The position numbers and the translations under genes were made by a program. This document shows positions 37,392-44,487 of a stretch of DNA of 64,000 nucleotides, piece after piece. The stretch's first letter is position 1. Each line of letters starts with the position of its first letter. A model generated the notes under the pieces. The model made no database searches. It saw only the letters and a list, made by a program, of their open reading frames with translations, and was not told the DNA's origin. This DNA comes from an uncultured Streptococcus sp. (GTDB lineage Bacteria > Bacillota > Bacilli > Lactobacillales > Streptococcaceae): the NCBI GenBank assembly GCA_963554405.1, contig CAUVRI010000002.1, forward strand, positions 27,319 through 91,318. Direction: 5' to 3'.

Positions 37392-37859
37392 ATGGCACTA
37401 TTAAATTCTACGAATCTAAAGCAATTTGAAGGAGGGGCAATCGTCAAGCAAGGCGACTCTGCCTCTCTTTTTGGGTATGAGTTGTTGGATGAAAATATGC
37501 ATCCAATCAGTGATTTAAATGGCAAAAATGCTACAATCAGGATCTTTAATCAAAAAGGAAAGGCTACATTTGAGAGTACAGTAGAGAAATCAAAAGTTAC
37601 TTTTAAAATCGAAAAGGCATTGCCGATTGGATCATATCTCGTTGAAGTCGTTTGTGATGGGTATATTTTTCCAAGCGATCGCTCAACACGTTTGGATATC
37701 ACTCGTTCAGCGGACGATTTCACAAGCGAAGAAGTCCTATCACTTGTTAAAAATGATGTTAAAACTGAAATTGACAAGTATATCGCTGAACATCCAAACG
37801 GATCACAAACGGAAGAGCTGCCAGACCTAACAGTACTATACAATCTTGCAAAAATTTAG
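37392..37859 (+). CDS. Post-lysin protein A (BppU-N-like anchor; C-terminal DLxxLYNxAK motif)
   Basis: KQGD...F.YELLD and G.Y.VEV...GYIFPS motifs. Confidence 0.65.
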   Translation: MALLNSTNLKQFEGGAIVKQGDSASLFGYELLDENMHPISDLNGKNATIRIFNQKGKATFESTVEKSKVTFKIEKALPIGSYLVEVVCDGYIFPSDRSTRLDITRSADDFTSEEVLSLVKNDVKTEIDKYIAEHPNGSQTEELPDLTVLYNLAKI

Positions 37860-37871
37860 AGAGGAAAAATT

Positions 37872-38219
37872 ATGACTTTAAATACTGAAAAATTAACATC
37901 ATTTGCTCAAGCTGTCGGTAGCGACATCAAGGAAATTAAAACCACACTTGCAAGCAAAGCCGACAAGTCAGAACTTGGACAAGCTGGAATCACACAACAA
38001 CAATTAGACACAGCTATTCAAGGGGTCAAAACAGCTATTTTAGGCGAGGGTGTCCCAGAAGAGCTGGACACACTCAAAGAAATCGCAGAAAAAATCCAAG
38101 CTGGCGGAAGCTCAGACAGTGCGATCGTGTCAAAAATGACGGAACTTGGCCAAAAAATCACGGATCTCGAAACTACTGATTTTGTACAAATCTACAATAG
38201 CGCCAAAAATAGTCTCTAA
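37872..38219 (+). CDS. Post-lysin protein B (fibre-segment-like)
   Basis: PEELDTLKEIA fibre motif; N-terminal KL..FAQAVG.DI and C-terminal DFVQIYNSAK. Confidence 0.65.
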   Translation: MTLNTEKLTSFAQAVGSDIKEIKTTLASKADKSELGQAGITQQQLDTAIQGVKTAILGEGVPEELDTLKEIAEKIQAGGSSDSAIVSKMTELGQKITDLETTDFVQIYNSAKNSL

Positions 38220-38232
38220 AAGGAGGCGCTAG

Positions 38233-39114
38233 ATGAACAAATTAAAAGAAGCGATCCAACAGATCGGTCGTGATATTGGAAACATCGAAGGCCAACAAGC
38301 GTCCTTATTGTCACAATCTAAGGCTTATGAACTCTTTCCAACTTATGCCACGTTGCAAAGCCAAATGACAAGCAACATCAAAGACAAGCATTTGGAACTT
38401 GGCTTGGATGCTTTGATTGATACCAAACTCCAAAACGGCGGTGATCCGTTTGTCACACGCTCGAAATTGCCAACGATTGACACAAGCCAACTTGCAAGCA
38501 AAAATGATCTGGAAGAGTTAAAGCGCTCAGTCGGATCTGGAAGTAGCAGCAACTCAGAGCTAAAAGGACAAGGCTTTCCATACAATCTAAACGCTGACAT
38601 CGGTACAATATATACCGATACGACAGCAAAAAACGGAGCGGTGAAGTGGATCAAAAAGACCGCTGGAACTGGCTCTAACGCTTGGTCTGTCTTGTTTGGT
38701 GATGTCAAACACAAGCCAAGAATTTCATCGAGTCAAAACAACGCTTACGTAGAATTTAGACGTATAAACTCCACGGTAGAGGTCGGCTTCGGTGGTCTAT
38801 CGTGGGGTTGGTTTGGGATCGTAAGACGAGGTGCGCCCAGCTACGTTCCTCAAGGTTCAGACCGTGAGCGTAACGTGGTGATTTTAAATGTTGGCGGTAT
38901 ACCCGTCGGTTTTCGTGCGACCAGCTCAAAACTGGGTATTATGACGAACGACAAGGGCAAGCGCCTTGGTACTTTTTATTTAGGCGGACCGGGTGACGGT
39001 AACCAGCTACGCTTACAATTTGACGATCCAGTCCCTACTGATCGAGATATCGGAGACTTGCGGTTTACAAATATGTCGTATACCACAGACGATCCTTGGC
39101 CAGAGACTATATAA
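38233..39114 (+). CDS. Post-lysin protein C (fibre tip / receptor-binding-like)
   Basis: N-terminal KL...IQQIG.DI; G.GFP...A..G..Y.D...NGA..WIK; beta-rich C-terminal domain. Confidence 0.65.
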   Translation: MNKLKEAIQQIGRDIGNIEGQQASLLSQSKAYELFPTYATLQSQMTSNIKDKHLELGLDALIDTKLQNGGDPFVTRSKLPTIDTSQLASKNDLEELKRSVGSGSSSNSELKGQGFPYNLNADIGTIYTDTTAKNGAVKWIKKTAGTGSNAWSVLFGDVKHKPRISSSQNNAYVEFRRINSTVEVGFGGLSWGWFGIVRRGAPSYVPQGSDRERNVVILNVGGIPVGFRATSSKLGIMTNDKGKRLGTFYLGGPGDGNQLRLQFDDPVPTDRDIGDLRFTNMSYTTDDPWPETI

Positions 39115-39124
39115 GATAACAACA

Positions 39125-39151
39125 GCGGTAGCATTATGCTACCGTTTTTTT
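39125..39151 (+). terminator. Terminator of the late operon
   Basis: GCGGTAGCA-TTA-TGCTACCGT plus T-run. Confidence 0.8.
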
Positions 39152-39320
39152 ATTTGTCTGAAACGTTAAAAGATAGCAGTATATTTTAAAATGTGATATA
39201 ATATAAGTGATAATCGAATACCATCACTAGAAAACCACCAACGGCAATTGGTGGTTTTTTGTGTTTATAACGGCAATTTCAAAGATTGTCTATTATAACG
39301 GCAATTATGCTGTTATTTAC

Positions 39321-39349
39321 TTGAAAAAAACGACCAACAGTGCTATAAT
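39321..39349 (+). promoter_or_regulatory. Sigma-A promoter of the large ncRNA
   Basis: TTGAAA, 17-bp spacer, TG-c-TATAAT. Confidence 0.85.
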
Positions 39350-39355
39350 AATTGT

Positions 39356-39937
39356 ACACGGATTTTAAACAATCTACTGAATAACCAAGTGTAGATAGGG
39401 CGACACCTTGCTTGGATTGTATACATAATTCCCGTTACGCTCTCCGTGAGATATTGCGGAGGGATAAGTAATTCTCTTTTGAGTAATTGAAAGAGATCAT
39501 GAAGTGTAAGAATATTGAGGGTGTATGCAGTATAGAGGTTGTGCGTAATTAGACCATTATCAGACGGTGGCGGTGACAATAGACGCTTTCAGTGAAAGAA
39601 TAATCTGGGTAGGCCTTTCGTAGCAGTAAGAACCGAACCAGAAATGCTAAATTAAACCGTTTTGCACTTGAGGTCGAGGGATCGACCAATAACACCAAAG
39701 ATAAGTACAAGTAGCCCAAAATGTGCAGATAAAACATTTGGATATGTTTATGCTAAAAATATATTTCTGAATGTCGGGTGAAAGTTGGACGTAACCAGTC
39801 GTGCCTAGTCATTTAATCGCTACGGAAGTTATAGGGTCGCTCCTTATGGCTCAGACCGTGGTAGGCTATCGGTCAATAAATTGCGTACAATCGAAGTAGA
39901 GCGAAGGCTCATTTAGTTGATTGTTTAAAGTTCGTGT
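39356..39937 (+). ncRNA. Large ornate ncRNA, ~582 nt (ROOL-like)
   Basis: 19-bp terminal helix 39356-39374/39919-39937; several long-range helices with G-U pairs; GNRA-capped hairpin; promoter immediately 5' and terminator immediately 3'; no credible ORF. Confidence 0.8.
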
Positions 39938-39966
39938 CCTTGCATTTAGCAAGGTTTTTTATTTTT
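39938..39966 (+). terminator. Terminator of the large ncRNA
   Basis: CCTTGC-ATTTA-GCAAGG plus TTTTTT. Confidence 0.8.
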
Positions 39967-39970
39967 GTCC

Positions 39971-39989
39971 GACTACGTAATTGACTACG
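39971..39989. promoter_or_regulatory. Integrase arm-type binding sites, right
   Basis: GACTACGtaaTTGACTACG, matching 1211-1229. Confidence 0.75.
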
Positions 39990-40085
39990 TTTTTATTTAT
40001 TTGAGCAATATATGACCGTACCTAAAATATAGTGAAATCAACTAACCACATCTAATGAATATCTAATAGAAAGTATTTTTTAATT

Positions 40086-40092
40086 ATGGTAG
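40086..40092. other. attR core (ATGGTAG)
   Basis: Matches 1164-1170; overlaps the extended -10 TGgTAGACT of the next host gene. Confidence 0.65.
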
Positions 40093-40128
40093 ACTAGAGG
40101 AAAGAAAACGTTCTCAAGGAGGTTGAAC

Positions 40129-40773
40129 ATGAAACGTAAATTATTGGTCACATCATTGACGATTCTTTCTGCCTGCACATTAATGGCTTGTAGTCACACT
40201 ACTAAAAAGGACACAGCAGCTTCTTCTACAAAAGAGAGTAGCAGCAAAGTCGAAAAGCAAACAAGCAGCTCTTCGTCAAAGGATACTTCCTCTACAAAGA
40301 AAAACACTTCCAGTCAAGAAACCAAGCGGATTGGAAATGCAGATTATGGATACATCGATATTCCAAGTAAATGGTTCAAGTTCACGGATATCGATGGGAC
40401 AGAAGCTGTCCAGTATACGGATGGGAGTGGCTATAATATCGTCACCTTGAACAGCTATACTAAAGAAAAGGCCAAAGTTCCTGCAGATATCGAGTTTAAT
40501 GCTGAATTTCTAGCTAAGAAACTGGCCGTAATGTGGCAAGATAACCAGGATGTTGGGAAGATGACGGGAGCGCGGACTAAAGTCTCAGGTCTGGATGCCT
40601 ACCAGCTTCAAATTGTCATGAAATCTGGTCAATACCTGATTACTTGGATCTTCCAGAAGGGTGAAAAAGTTTATACCATTTCTTTTGAAGGGGATGCAGA
40701 AACCTTGAAAACCTTTATCCCATACATTGAAAATACTTGGAGCCTAGATGGAACAGGCGCTGTAACGGATTAA
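40129..40773 (+). CDS. Lipoprotein of unknown function
   Basis: Lipobox LMAC, Ser/Thr/Lys-rich linker; AGGAGG RBS. Confidence 0.85.
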   Translation: MKRKLLVTSLTILSACTLMACSHTTKKDTAASSTKESSSKVEKQTSSSSSKDTSSTKKNTSSQETKRIGNADYGYIDIPSKWFKFTDIDGTEAVQYTDGSGYNIVTLNSYTKEKAKVPADIEFNAEFLAKKLAVMWQDNQDVGKMTGARTKVSGLDAYQLQIVMKSGQYLITWIFQKGEKVYTISFEGDAETLKTFIPYIENTWSLDGTGAVTD

Positions 40774-40857
40774 TTAAGTGAGATAGATCGCAAGATCTAT
40801 CTTTTTTCACAGTCTTTGTGGTATAATGCTTCTATTGTTTAGAAGAGGAAATAGAGG

Positions 40858-41352
40858 ATGACACAGGAAATTGATATTGAAAAATACCATCAGTTAGCTC
40901 TCCAAAAGCAAAAGGAGCACCGCAAGGTATTGGCGAATCTCAAGAAGAAACCACCTAAGAATTTAGATAAAATAGCGCAAGAAATCCACGATGAAGTTTT
41001 CCAAGAAATCGATTGTACGGCTTGTGCCAATTGCTGCAAAACCTTAGGCCCCGACTTTAAGGAAGCTGATATCACGCGGATTGCCAAATATTTCAAGATG
41101 AAACTTCCTGCCTTTGAGGCTGAATTTCTTCAAGTTGACGAAGATGGGGACAAGGTTTTTAAATCCATGCCTTGCCCCTTTCTTGGTGGGGACAATCTCT
41201 GTTCCATCTATGATGTTCGTCCAAAAGCTTGTCGGGAATTCCCTCACACAGATCGCAAGAAGATTTATCAGATCAACCATCTGACCATCAAGAATAACCT
41301 CACTTGCCCAGCAGCTTATTTATTTGTAGAAAAATTGAAGGATCGTTTGTAA
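40858..41352 (+). CDS. YkgJ-family cysteine-cluster protein
   Basis: CTACANCC...CPFL...CSIYDVRPKACREFP. Confidence 0.9.
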   Translation: MTQEIDIEKYHQLALQKQKEHRKVLANLKKKPPKNLDKIAQEIHDEVFQEIDCTACANCCKTLGPDFKEADITRIAKYFKMKLPAFEAEFLQVDEDGDKVFKSMPCPFLGGDNLCSIYDVRPKACREFPHTDRKKIYQINHLTIKNNLTCPAAYLFVEKLKDRL

Positions 41353-42041
41353 TGGCATATAGATTTTTACTTTTTGATTTGGACCATACTTTGTTGGACT
41401 TTGAATCTGCTGAAGAAACAGCCTTGACGCAGATGTTAGAAGACATGAATTTTCCAGATGTACAGGCCTTTAAGGATTACTACAAACCCATGAACCAAGG
41501 ACTCTGGAAGGATTTGGAGCAAAAGAAATTAACCAAGCAAGAGCTCGTGGATAGTCGGTTTGCGATTGGGTTTGCCCACTTTGGGATCACGGTTGATGGG
41601 GCTGAGATGGCTCTTCGCTACCAAGATTACATCAGTCTTCAAGGGCAGTCTTTCCCAGGTGCGGAGGACTTACTGGCCCGACTTGAAAAAGCGGGTTACC
41701 AGCTCTATGGTGCAACGAATGGAGTGACCGCCATTCAAGAAGGACGCTTGGCTCATTCTACAATCGCTTCTTATTTCAAAGAGGTTTTTATCTCTGAGCA
41801 GCTTCATACTCAGAAACCAGAACCTGCATTTTTTGACAAAGTTGGTCAACTGATTCCAGGTTTTAGCAAGGAAAAGACCCTCATGATCGGTGATTCCTTG
41901 ACGGCGGATATCGCAGGGGGAAATGCTGCGGGGATTGATACCGTCTGGTATAATCCTGATCATAAGGAAAATACCAGCCAAGCAGTGCCGACTTATACCG
42001 TTAGCAACTATCAAGAAATCGCTGATTTACTGATAAAATAA
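41352..42041 (+). CDS. YjjG-family HAD nucleotidase
   Basis: FDLDHTLLDF, TNG, KP and MIGDSLTADI.G motifs. Confidence 0.9.
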   Translation: MAYRFLLFDLDHTLLDFESAEETALTQMLEDMNFPDVQAFKDYYKPMNQGLWKDLEQKKLTKQELVDSRFAIGFAHFGITVDGAEMALRYQDYISLQGQSFPGAEDLLARLEKAGYQLYGATNGVTAIQEGRLAHSTIASYFKEVFISEQLHTQKPEPAFFDKVGQLIPGFSKEKTLMIGDSLTADIAGGNAAGIDTVWYNPDHKENTSQAVPTYTVSNYQEIADLLIK

Positions 42042-42070
42042 AAAATTTTAAACACTGTCAAGTTTTTTTC

Positions 42071-42098
42071 TTGACAGGTCTATAAAATGTGTTATAAT
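42071..42098 (+). promoter_or_regulatory. rpsP promoter
   Basis: TTGACA, 16-bp spacer, TG-t-TATAAT. Confidence 0.75.
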
Positions 42099-42164
42099 AG
42101 ATCATGTGCTAAATAGCTTGTCTATTTCACCGAAAATTAAAATATAGAAAAGAGACTTATAAAA

Positions 42165-42437
42165 ATGGCAGTTAAAATTCGTTTGACTCGTATGGGTTCT
42201 AAGAAAAAACCTTACTACCGTATCAACGTAGCAGATTCACGTTCACCACGTGATGGACGTTTCATCGAAACAGTTGGAACTTACAATCCACTTGTTGAAG
42301 AAAACCAAGTAACTTTGAAAGAAGACCGCGTTCTTGCATGGTTGGCTGATGGAGCTCAACCTTCAGATACAGTTCGCAACATCCTTTCAAAAGCTGGTGT
42401 GATGAAGAAATTCCACGATTCTAAATTCTCAAAATAA
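42165..42437 (+). CDS. rpsP: 30S ribosomal protein S16
   Basis: [20 protein letters not shown]. Confidence 0.99.
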   Translation: MAVKIRLTRMGSKKKPYYRINVADSRSPRDGRFIETVGTYNPLVEENQVTLKEDRVLAWLADGAQPSDTVRNILSKAGVMKKFHDSKFSK

Positions 42438-42457
42438 TTTTTTAAGTAGGTTGATGT

Positions 42458-42697
42458 ATGGATACGATTGAAAATCTCATTATTGCAATTGTGAAACCCT
42501 TGATTTCACAACCGGATGCTTTAACCATCAAGATCGAAGATACTCCTGAATTCTTGGAGTACCACCTTGACCTTGATCCTAGCGATGTTGGTCGTGTAAT
42601 CGGTCGAAAAGGTCGCACCATTTCTGCGATAAGAACGATTGTCTACTCTGTCCCAACTGAAGATAAAAAAGTAAGAATCGTTATTGACGAAAAATAA
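42458..42697 (+). CDS. khpA: KH-domain RNA-binding protein KhpA
   Basis: [13 protein letters not shown] motif; follows rpsP. Confidence 0.93.
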   Translation: MDTIENLIIAIVKPLISQPDALTIKIEDTPEFLEYHLDLDPSDVGRVIGRKGRTISAIRTIVYSVPTEDKKVRIVIDEK

Positions 42698-42738
42698 AAA
42701 GGCGGGACTTGGTCCCGTTTTTTTTGCAAGGAGAAGGA

Positions 42739-43071
42739 ATGAAAGAAGTGACTATTCGGCAGTTACAAGCCTATTTACAAGAACATTACCAGAATACCCG
42801 GACGGAAGAAGGTTTGTTTATCAAGCTGGTTGAAGAGGTTGGCGAAGTAGCCGAGGTGTTAAATGGACGTTCTGGACGGAAAGCGGGTGTCCAAGATTCA
42901 AATGAGGAATTGGCTAAAGAACTAGCTGATATCATTCACTACACGGTCGCTATCGCGGCCATTAATGAAATCGACCTTACTAAAACTATCTTTGAAAAAG
43001 ATAAAACAGCAGCCGTAAAATACCAGCACGAGCGGGATTTGGAGCAGTTTCTAGCAGATAAGTCCATTTGA
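42739..43071 (+). CDS. MazG-like nucleotide pyrophosphohydrolase
   Basis: KLVEEVGEVAE...ELADI. Confidence 0.85.
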   Translation: MKEVTIRQLQAYLQEHYQNTRTEEGLFIKLVEEVGEVAEVLNGRSGRKAGVQDSNEELAKELADIIHYTVAIAAINEIDLTKTIFEKDKTAAVKYQHERDLEQFLADKSI

Positions 43072-43124
43072 GAAAATCTCTTGAACGTGATAAAATAGAG
43101 TGAATAAACTACACTGGAGAAATC

Positions 43125-43643
43125 ATGAATTACTTTAATGTTGGGAAAATTGTCAATACCCAAGGCTTACAAGGAGAAATGCGGGTCTTGTCTGTGACAG
43201 ACTTTGCGGAAGAGCGTTTTAAAAAAGGAGCTGAGTTGGCGCTCTTTGATGAGAAGGATCGTTTTGTCCAAACGGTGACCATTGCTAGCCACCGCAAGCA
43301 CAAGAACTTCGACATCATCAAGTTTAAGGATATGTACCATATCAATGCCATTGAGAAATTCAAAGGCTTTAGCCTCAAGGTTGCAGAAGAAGACTTGACG
43401 GATTTGGAGGATGGCGAGTTTTATTACCATGAGATCATCGGCCTTGATGTTTACGAGAATGACCAACTAATCGGTCAGATCAAGGAAATCCTGCAACCAG
43501 GTGCCAATGATGTCTGGGTCGTAAAACGCAAAGGAAAACGTGACCTTCTCCTCCCTTATATCCCACCAGTGGTCCTCAATATTGATATCCCAGGAAATCG
43601 GGTGGATGTAGACATCTTAGAAGGGTTAGACGATGAAGATTGA
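43125..43643 (+). CDS. rimM: Ribosome maturation factor RimM
   Basis: [13 protein letters not shown]...GANDVWVV. Confidence 0.97.
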   Translation: MNYFNVGKIVNTQGLQGEMRVLSVTDFAEERFKKGAELALFDEKDRFVQTVTIASHRKHKNFDIIKFKDMYHINAIEKFKGFSLKVAEEDLTDLEDGEFYYHEIIGLDVYENDQLIGQIKEILQPGANDVWVVKRKGKRDLLLPYIPPVVLNIDIPGNRVDVDILEGLDDED

Positions 43644-44349
43644 TATTTTAACTCTCTTTCCAGAGATGTTTTCACCTTTGGAGCATTCGATTGTCGGAAA
43701 GGCGCGTGAAAAGGGACTCCTTGAGATCAACTACCATAATTTCCGTGAAAATGCTGAGAAGGCGCGGCATGTGGACGATGAACCCTATGGTGGGGGGCAA
43801 GGTATGCTCTTACGTGCTCAGCCAATCTTCGATACCTTTGATGCCATCGAAAAAAAGAATCCGCGAGTGATCTTGCTAGATCCAGCTGGTCGGACTTTTG
43901 ACCAATCTTATGCTGAAGAATTAGCTCAAGAAGATGAATTGATCTTTATCTGCGGTCACTATGAGGGCTACGATGAGCGGATCAAGACCTTGGTAACGGA
44001 TGAGATTTCACTGGGGGATTATGTGCTGACAGGTGGGGAACTTGCTGCCATGACCATGATTGATGCGACAGTCCGCTTGATTCCAGAGGTGATCGGCAAA
44101 GAGTCCAGTCACCAGGATGATAGTTTCTCATCTGGACTTCTAGAATACCCTCAATACACACGGCCTTATGAATACAGAGGAATGACAGTTCCCGATGTTC
44201 TCATGAGTGGTCATCATGAAAATATCCGTCAGTGGCGCCTCTATCAGAGTTTGAAAAAGACCTTAGAACGTCGGCCAGACTTGCTAGAAAACTATGAGTT
44301 GACAGCAGAAGAAGTGAAGGTGTTGGAACAAATTAAACAAGAAGACTAA
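43633..44349 (+). CDS. trmD: tRNA (guanine37-N1)-methyltransferase
   Basis: [21 protein letters not shown] and [11 protein letters not shown]. Confidence 0.98.
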   Translation: MKIDILTLFPEMFSPLEHSIVGKAREKGLLEINYHNFRENAEKARHVDDEPYGGGQGMLLRAQPIFDTFDAIEKKNPRVILLDPAGRTFDQSYAEELAQEDELIFICGHYEGYDERIKTLVTDEISLGDYVLTGGELAAMTMIDATVRLIPEVIGKESSHQDDSFSSGLLEYPQYTRPYEYRGMTVPDVLMSGHHENIRQWRLYQSLKKTLERRPDLLENYELTAEEVKVLEQIKQED

Positions 44350-44487
44350 CAGCGTCAGCTGTTTTTCTTTTGCTCCAAAATTTTATGAAAAAAACTTTTT
44401 AAACCTACTAGTTATTGGTAACAAAATGTGGTATGCTAAGGGGTAGAGAAACTTCAAGAAAATGATTAAGTTTTGGGGGTGAGTTTA

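Larger units (their letters stand above)
1164..40092. mobile_element. Temperate siphovirus-like prophage, ~38.9 kb, apparently complete
   Basis: Full module order int-cI/cro-replication-terminase-portal-capsid-tail-holin-lysin; core repeat ATGGTAG at both ends with adjacent TTGACTACG arm-type repeats; host genes on both flanks. Confidence 0.93.

Noticed and set aside
31528..39114. Diversity-generating retroelement acting on tail or fibre genes
   Set aside because: No reverse transcriptase gene and no template/variable repeat pair noticed
39240..39306. Mini-CRISPR or type III antitoxin repeat array
   Set aside because: The repeats are only 10-14 bp with 28-29 bp period and no adjacent cas or ToxN/AbiQ-like gene
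39343..39737. Minus-strand ORFs 39343-39579 and 39549-39737
   Set aside because: No RBS or recognisable protein features; they lie antisense to a structured RNA gene with a clear plus-strand promoter and terminator
39115..40092. Paratox or exotoxin/DNase moron next to attR
   Set aside because: No suitable ORF; the slot is occupied by non-coding elements
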